63,948 bases of DNA, filler included, from 6 parts of 6 records of this genome joined end to end with filler, not necessarily neighbours in it; one strand, 5' to 3'; positions 40,601 to 50,852 are shown, counted from the first letter of the whole stretch. Numbers and translations are program-made. The notes: generated from the sequence alone by a model not told the origin.

Positions 40601-41433
40601 ACCGGAACCACCCGATCCCCCAGCGCTCCAGTTGTCCCCGTGGCCGTCACCAGCGCCCCTGCCAGAGCCGCCATCAGCGTAGCCATTGGAGCCGCCGCCG
40701 CCGTAGCCACTGTCACCACCGTGGCCACCAGAACTACCGGAACCGCCGGAACTACCAGAGCCGCCGGAGCCGCCATCAGCGTAGCCATTGGAACCCCCGC
40801 CACCATAACCACTGTCGCCGCCGTAGCCACCAGAGCCACCACCATCGGAGCCACCGTCGCCGTAGCCATCAAAGCCACCACCACTGCCACCACTGCCACC
40901 GTCGCCGTAACCATCAAAGCCACCACCGCCACCACCGCCGTAGCCACTGTCGCCCGAGTCACCTCCAGCCCCCCCGGCAGAACCGCCATCGGCGTAGCCA
41001 TTGGAACCACCGCCGCCGTAGCCGCCCGAGTCACCACCGTACCCACCGCTACCGCCGCTGGAGCCACTGTCGCCGTATCCCCCACTACCGCCGCTACCAG
41101 AGCTACCAGAGCCACCACTGTCACTGCCATCGCCATTGTAGCCATCGCCGGAGCCACTGGATCCATCAGAACCCTCTGCCCCTCCCGTGTTGCTCCCGGA
41201 ACCGGAGCTTCCGTGGCACCGACCCTGCACCCAAGGAGACAACACCCAAACGGTTGGGCATATGGTTGATGCGCAAAAGTTGGGATCATTTGTTGCAGCT
41301 CACCATGGCACGCGCAGCCTCGAAGCACTGAATCACCACTCCAGAGGAGCAGTCAAAGCTCCCAACCACCGGGGCTGAGTCGGAGCAACCGCCGCTCACC
41401 CACAGGTCCACGCAAGTCCTCACGTGCGAAGAA
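34686..41433 (-). CDS. Eukaryotic spliced gene (partial): Gly/Ser-rich region, multiple fibronectin type III domains, Cys-rich and PAN/apple-like modules. Exons 41433-41304, 41224-40294, 40214-39752, 39658-34686
   Basis: Removing three GT-AG introns joins the track's separate ORFs in frame (e.g. LDG|LQPNTKY). FN3 motifs: GLSENTTY, GLVPGSTY, WTAPFPNGEPIDKY, GLEPSSDYAFRCRVANAQGTSDWS. PAN-like motifs: CRERCDANAQCKGYVY, LEACKELCLQQPLCKMFSF. Confidence 0.88.
39659..39751 (-). other. Spliceosomal intron (93 nt)
   Basis: GTGAGT donor, GCTCAC branch-like site, GCGCAG acceptor; phase 2 restores the frame (AA|C = Asn). Confidence 0.88.
40215..40293 (-). other. Spliceosomal intron (79 nt)
   Basis: GTGAGA donor, ACTGAC branch site, CAACAG acceptor; phase 1 (G|GC = Gly). 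Confidence 0.9.
41225..41303 (-). other. Spliceosomal intron (79 nt)
   Basis: GTGAGC donor, GTGCAG acceptor; phase 0 gives ...CFEAARAM|GRCHGS. Confidence 0.75.
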
Positions 41434-41462
41434 CTGCGTCCAACGGCACAGCCACGCAACAA

Positions 41463-41475
41463 GTGTGTGTGTGTG
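41463..41475. repeat. (GT)n microsatellite at contig end
   Basis: gtgtgtgtgtgtg abutting the linker. Confidence 0.8.
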
Positions 41476-41575
41476 NNNNNNNNNNNNNNNNNNNNNNNNN
41501 NNNNNNNNNNNNNNNNNNNTTAATTAATTAANNNNNNNNNNNNNNNNNNNNNNNNNNNNNNNNNNNNNNNNNNNN
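41476..41575. other. Artificial contig linker
   Basis: Same spacer. Confidence 0.98.
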
Positions 41576-41632
41576 ATTGCCAGCATCAATTGCCAGCATC
41601 AATTGACAACATCAACTGACAACATCAATTGA
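41576..41632. repeat. 13-bp tandem repeat x4 at contig start
   Basis: attgccagcatca attgccagcatca attgacaacatca actgacaacatca attga. Confidence 0.85.
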
Positions 41633-41963
41633 AAGAAGGGAACATCTGAGTTGACACGCTGCGCGACTAATCGAACGGCGTACCAAAAACAGACCCAGTG
41701 ACAATTTGTTTGCCACTCAGAGTTAAACAAAAGCTCAAAAAAGCCTGCCGCAAGACTGCTGCCGGAACTGAAGGGACGGCAAAGCCGCAGTGGCAAAGCG
41801 ATCAAGAAGTCGGAAAAAAATTTCGAGATGAGAGTTTCCCGGGGAAACGCGGAGACTGCGAAAGGTGTGGATGCGGGAAAAGTTGGCTGCCATGAAGCCC
41901 AAAATGCGTATCATGGGTTTTTGTTTTGCGATTTAAGTAGTATTGAGTGCGTGGGTGGCGCCA

Positions 41964-43256
41964 ATGTCGATTAATGTTCTGATTGTAGCTAAAGAGCGTG
42001 TTCACCGTAAGATTCTGGTTAACCTGCTAAACCAGTTGGAGTATTCCGATTTTGGTTTTTTGGAGGCCGAAAGTGGCAAAGACGCGATTAACCTGATCCG
42101 CAGTAAACCACCGCTGGATATTATCCTGCTTGATGTGCGCCTGGAAGATGTTGGCGCCGGACAGTTGTTAACAGCGCTACGCACTATCGATATTTATAAA
42201 ACTACTTCTGCAATTGTTTTGTGTGACGACGGTGACCCCAATTTGCGTGAAGTACGCAATCAAAATATTCAGGGAATATTGATTCGTCCATTTGATGCGG
42301 CCACCAGTAAAAAAGTCCTGGGACGTGTGGCCTACGGAATTGCGCTGCATGCTGGGATTCGGCGGCAGGGACGGCGCAGACTTCTCATAATTGATAATGA
42401 TGTTAGCTTCCTGAAGCGCTGTCAAGTTCACTTGGGAGAGGCGTTTAAACTGTTAATATCTTCGAATATGGAAGAAGGATTGGCGCAGGCGCTTTTAAAC
42501 ACCGAAATTGATGTAATTATAGTTTCGTCCAAACTGAATGCGGGGTGGGATGAGACCTTAAAACGGCTGCGTGAACAATTGCGATTGCCGCCACCGCTTG
42601 TTTTACTGTTAGGCTTGCCTGAAGACCTTACTGAGAAGGGGAAAGTTTTTGAAGCGCTGGCAGATGGTGTGGTTGAAGGTAGCGACAGGTTTGAGCAGTT
42701 CCCACTGGCTCTTGTTAACAGTCTGTTTGATGTTCCGGCACGGCGTACGCAGGTCCTGCTTCAAATTGTTAAAACGGAGTTGCTGGAGCGGTTTCGCAGT
42801 GCCGCTTTAGACCGCGTAGAGGATTTTTTCCCAAAAGAAACCAGCTTTAGTTTCCGGCGCAACCAACGGTATGCGGCTGACTGGCAGGCGCTTGTGCATT
42901 TTCGTGAGGCAGGTAGGCAGGCGGGGCAGGACCTGGTTCTTGGCCTGACGGGAATGAATGAAGAACTGGTGTCGCTCGTAAACGTACTTAAACGCGATTC
43001 GCTGGCGGAAGGCGAATCCGTGGACGCAAGTGCCGCTCAAAGTTTTATTGTCAAAATTCTGGCGCCACTGAGTGTTGTCATCAATCAAAACCTGCAGAAA
43101 TGGAATGTTGACCTTGAAGAGACTGACGTGGAGTGCTCCGGCAGTCTGGACGAGCGGATAGAATATGAGTGGGTGCAGACGCTCGCTTTTGAGTCCGACA
43201 CCACAAGTCATAAGTTTATGCTGCAGCTGGGGCAGCCGCGCACCAGAAATACATAG
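41964..43256 (+). CDS. Protein with two atypical receiver (REC) domains and an unassigned C-terminal domain
   Basis: VLIV...EAESGKDA...DIILLDV...RPFD, then LLIIDND...DVIIVSS. Confidence 0.8.
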   Translation: MSINVLIVAKERVHRKILVNLLNQLEYSDFGFLEAESGKDAINLIRSKPPLDIILLDVRLEDVGAGQLLTALRTIDIYKTTSAIVLCDDGDPNLREVRNQNIQGILIRPFDAATSKKVLGRVAYGIALHAGIRRQGRRRLLIIDNDVSFLKRCQVHLGEAFKLLISSNMEEGLAQALLNTEIDVIIVSSKLNAGWDETLKRLREQLRLPPPLVLLLGLPEDLTEKGKVFEALADGVVEGSDRFEQFPLALVNSLFDVPARRTQVLLQIVKTELLERFRSAALDRVEDFFPKETSFSFRRNQRYAADWQALVHFREAGRQAGQDLVLGLTGMNEELVSLVNVLKRDSLAEGESVDASAAQSFIVKILAPLSVVINQNLQKWNVDLEETDVECSGSLDERIEYEWVQTLAFESDTTSHKFMLQLGQPRTRNT

Positions 43257-43272
43257 GTTGTTTAGTGTGAAA

Positions 43273-43327
43273 AAAAACTGGGCGACAGGCAGATGTTAAA
43301 TCCGCCGCTGTCGCCCAATCAGTTTTT
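43273..43327. terminator. Probable bidirectional terminator between converging genes
   Basis: TGGGCGACAG/CTGTCGCCCA stem flanked by A- and T-runs. Confidence 0.65.
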
Positions 43328-43367
43328 AACAAAGGCCTCAGCGATTACAGCTGATTAATCAGCTTGT

Positions 43368-46300
43368 TTAAGAAAAGTACTTAACACCTGCCGCAAACAA
43401 GCCCTGATCCTTGTTGCCAAAGATGTTCGTGGCTACATGTGGTCCCGTGCGTTCTGAGTGGGCCATCTTACCCAGAATTTTACCATCAGGGCTGATCAGC
43501 GCTTCGACGGCATTCATGGAACCATTTGGATTGTACTTTGAATCCATAGAGGCATTGCCGTCCAGATCGACATACTGCGCAGCAATTTGCTGTTTGTTAA
43601 GCAGTTCACTCATGACTGCATCGGAGCAGACAAAACGGCCTTCACCGTGCGAAACCGGCACGCAGTGGACTTCACCGGCGGCCGTAGAACTAAACCAGGG
43701 CGTAGAATTTGTGCTGATACGCGTGTATACCATTGTAGCAGCATGGCGTCCGATTGAGTTAAATGTTAATGTAGGCGCGTCGGGCTGCAGGCTGCGGATT
43801 TCGCCATAGGGCAGGAGCCCCAGTTTAATCAGCGCCTGAAATCCATTGCAGATTCCGAGTGCCAGGCCGTCGCGTTCGCGCAGCAGGCGCATAGTGGCGT
43901 CGGCAACACGTGGGTTGTGGAAGACGGCGGCAATAAATTTGCCGGATCCGTCGGGTTCGTCACCCGCACTGAAACCACCGGGTAGCATCAGAATATTGGA
44001 TTTATCCAGACGCTGTGCCAGTTCCTGCAGCGATTCCTCGACTGCGTCGGGTGTTAAGTTGCGGAACACAAAAGTGTCAACATCGGCACCGGCACGACTG
44101 AAGGCACGCGCGGAATCAATTTCGCAGTTAGTGCCGGGGAAGACGGGAATCAAGACACGTGGGCGTGCATTACTGGTTTTGGCGTGGAAGGTCTGCGGCG
44201 GCGTGTCCACCTGGATTGTAGTTGCCGTGCCTTCGACTTTGTGCTGTGTGGGGTACAAGGCTTCCAGGCCGGTAGACCAGGCTTTGCTGAGGCGCCGAAG
44301 ATCGAGGAGTTCGCCGTTAATATCAACTTCATCTTCCTCGGTGGTTTTACCCAGGATGCGGAAGTCGATGTCTTTGAAAATTTCTTCGGCGTTGGCGCCG
44401 GGAGCCATCTCACACAAGATTGAGCCAAATATGGTGCGGTAGAGTTCGCGCGGTGCGTGCACACGTGTGAACCTGACGCCGATATCATTGCCGAGCATCA
44501 TGCCGGTCATCGCTGCTGCGATGCCACCGTGGCGAATACTGCGCGCCGCAATGATTTTACCTTCACTGGCTGCACGCTGAAAAGCGTCGTACATCGCCAG
44601 GAGTTTGTCCCATTTGGGGACGTCGTTAACATCATACGAGGCATCCAGAACTACAACGTCCGTGCCCATGTACCTGAATTCTGAGGAGACTACGTGGCGC
44701 ACGTCAGTTGGACAAACCGCGAACGCTACGAGTGTCGGCGGTACATCGATATCATTAAAGGTGCCGGACATACTGTCCTTGCCACCAATTGCGGGAGTGC
44801 CGAGTTCTTTTTGGGCTTGCAGAGCGCCGAGCAAGGCTGCGAGCGGTTTACCCCAGCGCGTGGAGTCCGTGCCCAGTTTTTCAAAGTATTCCTGTAGTGA
44901 GAGGCGCGTGCGGCGGTAGTCGCCACCAGCGGCGACGATTTTGCTCACGGCTTCAACGACGGCGTAGAGACCACCGTGGAACGGGCTCCATTCAGCCAGT
45001 TCGGGTGTGAAACCGTTAGACATGATGGTTGCGGTCGTAGTAGTGCCTTCGTCCACAGGCAGCGTGGCAACCATGACATCGGAAGGACTCAACTGATGTT
45101 TGCCGCCGTAGGGCAGCAGGGTTGAGGCGGCTCCGATGCTCGAGTCGAACATGTCGCCCAGGCCTTTGCGCGAGCAGAACTCGATGGAGCCCATCATGGC
45201 TTCCCAGGACTTGCGGATTGGCCCCGGAGGAGTTTGATCGCGAATCAGGAAGTAGCCATAGTTTTCGTTTGGAACGCGAATAACGGCTTCACTGGTCTGG
45301 CGTACGCCGTTGGTATCCAGGAATTTGCGGCTCAGGTCTACGATGTTCTTTCCGCGCCAGCGCATCGTCAGGCGGTCGTTGCCGGTGACGGTTGCGATTG
45401 CTGTGGCTTCCAGGTTTTCCTCGGCGGCCAGAGCGATAAACTTGTCTACGTCGCCCGCATTGAGGACGACCGCCATGCGCTCCTGCGACTCGGAGATTGC
45501 AAGCTCGGTGCCATCGAGACCTTCGTATTTGAGAGGCACAGCATCCAAATCGACGAGCAGGCCGGGTGCGAGTTCACCCACAGCCACAGATACACCACCT
45601 GCACCAAAGTCATTACAGCGTTTGATCAGGCGGGTTGCCGCGCCATTGCGGAACAGGCGCTGAATTTTGCGTTCGGTTGGCGGATTGCCTTTTTGAACCT
45701 CTGCACCGGCCGTCTCCAGTGATTCCTGTGTGTGTTCCTTGGATGAACCGGTGGCACCACCACAGCCGTCGCGTCCGGTGCGTCCGCCGAGCAGAACAAT
45801 GATATCGCCGTCTTCGGGTACACCGCGAACGACATTTTCGCGTGGCGCAGCAGCCACCACGGCGCCAACTTCCATGCGTTTGGCTACATAACCCGGATGG
45901 TAGAATTCATCGACGATCCCGGTGGCCAGGCCAATCTGATTGCCGTAGGATGAAAAACCGCGGGCCGATTCAGTCGCGATTTTGCGCTGTGGCAGCTTGC
46001 CGGGCAACGTCTCTGAGAGCGGAGTCATTGGGTTGGCTCCGCCGGAGACGCGCATCGCCTGATAGACATAGGAGCGGCCCGAAAGCGGATCCCTGATAGC
46101 GCCGCCGACACATGTGGCCGCACCACCAAAAGGCTCAATTTCGGTCGGGTGGTTGTGCGTCTCGTTCTTGAACATCACAAGCCATTCTTCTTCCTTGCCG
46201 TCAATTTCGGCCGGAACAACAATACTGGCGGCATTGATTTCTTCGGAAACTTCGAGGTCGGGAAGTGTACCCTGGCGCCTGCGCCAGCGCGCGTAAATAG

Positions 46301-47135
46301 TTGCAATGTCCATTAGACATTCCGGCGGTTGTGAGTCACCGTAGGCATCGCGGCGCATCTCGCGATACTGCTCCAGGGCTTGCAAAATCGGGGCTGCGAG
46401 CATCCCGGGAGTGACTGTAATTTCAGTCAGTTCGCTGAGGAAGGTGGTGTGCCGGCAGTGATCGGACCAATAGGTATCGAGCACGCGCAATTCAGTGATA
46501 CTTGGGTCGCGCTGCTCCGCGTCGGCAAAATAGAGCCGGCAGTGCTCCAGGTCGTCCGTACTCATAGCCAGGCCAAGGTCGCGGCGCAGATTGTCCAGCC
46601 CATCCCTGTCCAAATTTCTGTAGCCTTCAATGATCTTGACGTCCGGCGGAGTAGGGGCCTCCTGGCTGAGGCCGGCGGGCATCTGCAGGCCGGCTTCGCG
46701 GGAATCGACGCTGTTGATCACATAGTCTTTAATTCTGGCAAGTTCCTGATCGCTGATCGAACCAGTGAGCAGCAAGACTGTAGCGCAGCGTACCAGCGGC
46801 GCTTCGCGCCGCGTCAGAATCTGAATGCATTGAGCCGCACTGTCTGCACGCTGGTCGTACTGCCCCGGCAAATATTCGTATGCCAGCAGCCGCTGATTTG
46901 CCGCCGGACGCAGCTCGGCGCTTATCGCCTCATCTACCGGAGCTTCTACCAGCACGCGCTCGCATGCCAGTTGGAATTCTTCATCGCCCAGGCCTTCAAT
47001 ATCATAACGCACAAAGAGTTGGACTTCCTCGATTGCGCCAATGTCAAGATAGTTGCGCAGGTCGCTGGCCAGTTGCTTGGCGTGGCTGTCAAATCCTGGA
47101 CGTTTCTTGACGTGGATGCGGCGTATGCTACTCAT
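43368..47135 (-). CDS. purL: Phosphoribosylformylglycinamidine synthase (large fused form)
   Basis: YWSDHCRHTTF, KNETHNHPTEIEPFGGAATC, DFGAGG, SESQERM, GGKDSMSG; glutaminase PGTNCE, GGFSAGD, LGICNGFQ, SHGEG, KMAHSER. Confidence 0.97.
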   Translation of the reverse strand: MSSIRRIHVKKRPGFDSHAKQLASDLRNYLDIGAIEEVQLFVRYDIEGLGDEEFQLACERVLVEAPVDEAISAELRPAANQRLLAYEYLPGQYDQRADSAAQCIQILTRREAPLVRCATVLLLTGSISDQELARIKDYVINSVDSREAGLQMPAGLSQEAPTPPDVKIIEGYRNLDRDGLDNLRRDLGLAMSTDDLEHCRLYFADAEQRDPSITELRVLDTYWSDHCRHTTFLSELTEITVTPGMLAAPILQALEQYREMRRDAYGDSQPPECLMDIATIYARWRRRQGTLPDLEVSEEINAASIVVPAEIDGKEEEWLVMFKNETHNHPTEIEPFGGAATCVGGAIRDPLSGRSYVYQAMRVSGGANPMTPLSETLPGKLPQRKIATESARGFSSYGNQIGLATGIVDEFYHPGYVAKRMEVGAVVAAAPRENVVRGVPEDGDIIVLLGGRTGRDGCGGATGSSKEHTQESLETAGAEVQKGNPPTERKIQRLFRNGAATRLIKRCNDFGAGGVSVAVGELAPGLLVDLDAVPLKYEGLDGTELAISESQERMAVVLNAGDVDKFIALAAEENLEATAIATVTGNDRLTMRWRGKNIVDLSRKFLDTNGVRQTSEAVIRVPNENYGYFLIRDQTPPGPIRKSWEAMMGSIEFCSRKGLGDMFDSSIGAASTLLPYGGKHQLSPSDVMVATLPVDEGTTTTATIMSNGFTPELAEWSPFHGGLYAVVEAVSKIVAAGGDYRRTRLSLQEYFEKLGTDSTRWGKPLAALLGALQAQKELGTPAIGGKDSMSGTFNDIDVPPTLVAFAVCPTDVRHVVSSEFRYMGTDVVVLDASYDVNDVPKWDKLLAMYDAFQRAASEGKIIAARSIRHGGIAAAMTGMMLGNDIGVRFTRVHAPRELYRTIFGSILCEMAPGANAEEIFKDIDFRILGKTTEEDEVDINGELLDLRRLSKAWSTGLEALYPTQHKVEGTATTIQVDTPPQTFHAKTSNARPRVLIPVFPGTNCEIDSARAFSRAGADVDTFVFRNLTPDAVEESLQELAQRLDKSNILMLPGGFSAGDEPDGSGKFIAAVFHNPRVADATMRLLRERDGLALGICNGFQALIKLGLLPYGEIRSLQPDAPTLTFNSIGRHAATMVYTRISTNSTPWFSSTAAGEVHCVPVSHGEGRFVCSDAVMSELLNKQQIAAQYVDLDGNASMDSKYNPNGSMNAVEALISPDGKILGKMAHSERTGPHVATNIFGNKDQGLFAAGVKYFS

Positions 47136-47196
47136 GCTGTTCCGGAATTTTTGATGTTCGCAGATTGGAAGCCACAAAAATACCATTGTTCGCTAT

Positions 47197-47242
47197 ATAA
47201 GAAAAGTTCATTATTTTAATGCCAGTAATAAGGAAAACTTAT
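47197..47242. promoter_or_regulatory. LysR-type operator (ATAAG-N5-CTTAT at 47228-47242, degenerate copy at 47197-47211)
   Basis: Interrupted palindrome containing T-N11-A, overlapping the LysR start codon between divergent genes. Confidence 0.65.
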
Positions 47243-48140
47243 GGATATTCATCGTCTGAGCAGTTTTCGCGCAGTTGTAGAAGAAGGCAGCTTCGGGCGT
47301 GCCGCGCGGCGCATGTTTGTTTCCCAACCGGCAATCAGCATGCAGATTCAAGCCCTGGAGCGCGAAGTCGGCGAACAGTTGCTGACGCGCTCTTCGCGTG
47401 GTGTGGAAGTAACGCCCGCCGGAGCGGTACTTTTTGAACATGTACGCCGCATATTTGACGAGTGGGATATGGCGCGCCGCCAAATGAGCGAGCTGCGTGA
47501 CCTGCGCCGCGGTAAAGTTTCAGTCGGATGTTCGGACACGATTGCCATGCACAAGTTGCCGCGCTGGCTCAAAGGGTTTCTGGAAGAGTATCCAGACATT
47601 GAGATAGCCCTGAACAACCGACATTCGCATGAAATAATGCAGATGTTACAGGCTCGCGAAATAGACCTGGGAATTGTGACGCTGCCAATGTCCAACCCGG
47701 AACTTCAGACGATTACGCTGTTTCACTATCAGGATGTGGCTGTCTTTTTACCGAACGACCCGCTGGACGGCCTGCCGCATTTGGAACTGGCGGACCTGGT
47801 GGATCGCCGCATGTTACTACCGGAAGAAGGGACGCGTTCGCGCGCATTGTTTGACGCGGATATGCTCAAGGCAGGCCTTAGCCTGGCGGCCAACATCCAG
47901 TTTGGAGGTGTTGAGATCCAAAAAGCATTTGCACGCACAGGGCTGGGAGTGGCGATTCTGCCAGACTTTGCCGTCGCAAATGACATTGCCGACGGCAGCC
48001 TCAAAGCTGCCTCAGTAGCGGAGTTTCAGCCGCGTTCCATCGGCCTGGCATTTGTAAGCAATCGCCGCTTTTCACGGGCCTCACAGACTTTTGCGAATCA
48101 ACTATTGAGCCACGAAGGCAAGCGCGCCGCATTTGAGTGA
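47241..48140 (+). CDS. LysR family transcriptional regulator
   Basis: FRAVVEEGSFGRAARRMFVSQPAISMQIQALE...LLTR; substrate-binding domain with IDLGIV and GLGVAILP. Confidence 0.96.
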   Translation: MDIHRLSSFRAVVEEGSFGRAARRMFVSQPAISMQIQALEREVGEQLLTRSSRGVEVTPAGAVLFEHVRRIFDEWDMARRQMSELRDLRRGKVSVGCSDTIAMHKLPRWLKGFLEEYPDIEIALNNRHSHEIMQMLQAREIDLGIVTLPMSNPELQTITLFHYQDVAVFLPNDPLDGLPHLELADLVDRRMLLPEEGTRSRALFDADMLKAGLSLAANIQFGGVEIQKAFARTGLGVAILPDFAVANDIADGSLKAASVAEFQPRSIGLAFVSNRRFSRASQTFANQLLSHEGKRAAFE

Positions 48141-48257
48141 GCCGAACTTGTGCCGATACTCCAAAAAAATGCGAAAAATCTTTTCGATGACGTTGTTGAC
48201 TGGCACTTGTCAATGTATCTTAGACCAGCATTAGTCACTTAGTCGAAAGAGTCTACC

Positions 48258-50513
48258 TTGCAAACACCTGACCACGCTTCTGTCGAAGGGCACAAAGAGT
48301 CGGAACTGCACAATCAGATTGAAGAACTGATTCAGCGTAGCCGCGCCGAAAATCAGGAGAAACCGGTATTGGCCAGGAGCTATGCGCTTGAGGCTGCTCA
48401 CCTGTGTAAAGATGTTTCCAGGACTAAGTCAACCGGCGCTGATGAGTTTCGGAGTCTGTATGGCCGTGCATTACTGGCCGAGTCGCTTGGCAGCATGAAT
48501 TCCGGTTCCTTTGCTTCGGGTGCTGGTAGCCTGGCGGAATCTGTCCCCATCCTCGAACAGTTCCAGCTGCACGATGATATGATGCTGGCATATGAAGGCA
48601 TGATCCGCCTCGGTTCCATGGGGCTGCTCGAAGTTGACGGTGAACAGTATTTGCAGAAGATTCTGGACCTTGGCTACAAACTCGGAGAGCAGAAAGTTAA
48701 ACGCAAAATTGCACAGCTACGCGGCCTGCATGCTCTGCAACACGGAAATTATGAAGAAGCGCTTAGCCAACTACAGACCTATGAAGCAACATTAGATGGG
48801 ACTGGCGACGATTTTGAACGGGCCCTGATGCACACCAACTATGGTATAATTTATACGCGTCTGGGCCAAACCGTCATAGCGCTAGGGCATCATCATAAAG
48901 CGCTTGAACTGGTCGAAGGCAGGCGTGACATCGGGGCAGGCAAAGCCTATGGTAACCTGGCCAATACATACTTTGTTTTGGGCGATGCACGCGCACTGGA
49001 GTATTATACCAAATCACATGAGATATTGCTCGAATGCGGAAATAAGGACGCGGCTGCCAAAGCTCTGATTGGCATCAGCAATAGTTATGAAGACCTGGGA
49101 AAATTTGATGATTCCCTGCAGGCCCTTAAACAAGCTCGCATTCTGCTCGAAGAAGTTGGCGATAGGGAAGGTCTGGCACTGGTGCTGATTAACGAGTCCA
49201 ATCTGCACAAAAACGATCATTCGCATGCCGCACAATTGAACTGCACGCGGCGTGCATTTGAACTCTCCGTTGAGTTTAACAATGAACGCATCAACGCCTA
49301 TGCGCGCCTGGCCCTGGCAATTGCACTGACGGATAATGATATGTATGCAGAAGCCATGCAGGAGTGCAGTCAGGCACTTCTGCTCCTGCGGAAGTCAGGT
49401 GACCAGGCCAACATCCTGCGCGCGATGGTTTTGCACGGCGAAGTTCTTGGAGCTATAGGGCAAGGGCTGCAAGCCATTCAAGTGTTGCTGGAAGCTAAAG
49501 AACTGGCCAAGGGGCAAGGCGCCAAACGCCAGTACGTTGAGGCCTTGCAGGCATTGGCCAACCAGCATCGCAGCGCCGAAGAATGGCGTGAATCCAACAT
49601 GTATTTGGAAGAGTATACCAAAGAATTGCTGGTCCTGCAGAAAGAAGAGACTGCACGCCGCGTTGAAAACATCCGCATCCTGCAGCGAGCTGAATCCGAG
49701 CGTCAGGAGGCAGAACTGGAACGCAGGCGCTCCGCCGAATTGACCGTGGCCCTCAATCGCGTCAGTGAACTCAATCAAAGAGTACGCGAGAAAAACATCG
49801 ATCTGGAACGCCTGAATGCAGAGAAAAATGAGTTCCTGGGAATTGCCGCGCATGACTTGCGCAGCCCATTAAACAACATCCGTATGCTGGCGGATATGAT
49901 CGTCAACAATTCTGCTACCGCCGGCCACAAACAGTCCGGCGAACATGCCGCAGACATTCTGATAGTCGCTGAGCAAATGCTTGGAATGGTCAATCAACTG
50001 CTGGACGTGAACCGCATTGAAAGCGGCCAAATTGATCCAGTCTTCCAGGCGGTAGAATGGAATACGCTTTTACATAAAATCGTCAGCCAGTATCGCTCTG
50101 CTGCTGAACGCAAAAACATTGGGCTGCACCTGGACCTGGTTGACCAAATTGTGATTGTAAACGTCGATCCTAACTTCCTGGAGCAAGTGATTGACAATCT
50201 GGTCTCCAACGCAGTCAAATATTCGTATCTGAGTGGAAATGTACATTTACGTCTAAGCATAACACGCAACATGGCGCGTTTCAGCGTGGCCGATAGTGGG
50301 CCTGGAATCTCTGCACATGAGCTGCCGCGATTGTTTGAACGCTTCCAGAATATTTCAACGTCGCCGTCAGCCGGTGAACACTCTGTCGGCTTGGGGCTTT
50401 CAATTGTTCATAAACTGGTGATTCTGATGGGCGGTCGTGTCTGGTGTGAGTCAATTGAAGGGCATGGGGCCACATTCTTTGTAGAATTTCCTCTGCATAT
50501 CCACGAAGACTAA
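48258..50513 (+). CDS. TPR-repeat sensor histidine kinase (soluble)
   Basis: TPR-like helices; AAHDLRSPL, NLVSNAVKYS, VADSGPGI, GLGLSIV. Confidence 0.93.
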   Translation: MQTPDHASVEGHKESELHNQIEELIQRSRAENQEKPVLARSYALEAAHLCKDVSRTKSTGADEFRSLYGRALLAESLGSMNSGSFASGAGSLAESVPILEQFQLHDDMMLAYEGMIRLGSMGLLEVDGEQYLQKILDLGYKLGEQKVKRKIAQLRGLHALQHGNYEEALSQLQTYEATLDGTGDDFERALMHTNYGIIYTRLGQTVIALGHHHKALELVEGRRDIGAGKAYGNLANTYFVLGDARALEYYTKSHEILLECGNKDAAAKALIGISNSYEDLGKFDDSLQALKQARILLEEVGDREGLALVLINESNLHKNDHSHAAQLNCTRRAFELSVEFNNERINAYARLALAIALTDNDMYAEAMQECSQALLLLRKSGDQANILRAMVLHGEVLGAIGQGLQAIQVLLEAKELAKGQGAKRQYVEALQALANQHRSAEEWRESNMYLEEYTKELLVLQKEETARRVENIRILQRAESERQEAELERRRSAELTVALNRVSELNQRVREKNIDLERLNAEKNEFLGIAAHDLRSPLNNIRMLADMIVNNSATAGHKQSGEHAADILIVAEQMLGMVNQLLDVNRIESGQIDPVFQAVEWNTLLHKIVSQYRSAAERKNIGLHLDLVDQIVIVNVDPNFLEQVIDNLVSNAVKYSYLSGNVHLRLSITRNMARFSVADSGPGISAHELPRLFERFQNISTSPSAGEHSVGLGLSIVHKLVILMGGRVWCESIEGHGATFFVEFPLHIHED

Positions 50514-50852
50514 ACTTTCGATTCCCGGTACAAACTCTACACCAAAAAGCGCTGGGTATTTTAATATATTCAACCTTTCATTTTCGTTTGTACTTCAGGT
50601 CGATTCTACCCTGCCTTCCACCACTCCTGGCGTAGCAGCCGTACATTGATAGCCGGAACGATGGCCAAAACCAGGAAAGCTCACAGCGTATAGTCGGCGC
50701 CTACAAGCAGTATTGATGCGGTCTGAGCAAGTAATCAAAAAAATATCAAAAAGTGCTGAACCCCTTTTTCTGGGTGCTGTGTCTATCCTCACTGAAGGCA
50801 AAAAAGGCTCGAATTGAATTGAGATAGTCAGGAACAGAGATAGCCAGGAAGA

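Noticed and set aside
41576-41632. Possible CRISPR array or iterons in the 13-bp repeats
   Set aside because: No spacers, too short, and no cas or rep gene nearby; a simple tandem repeat.
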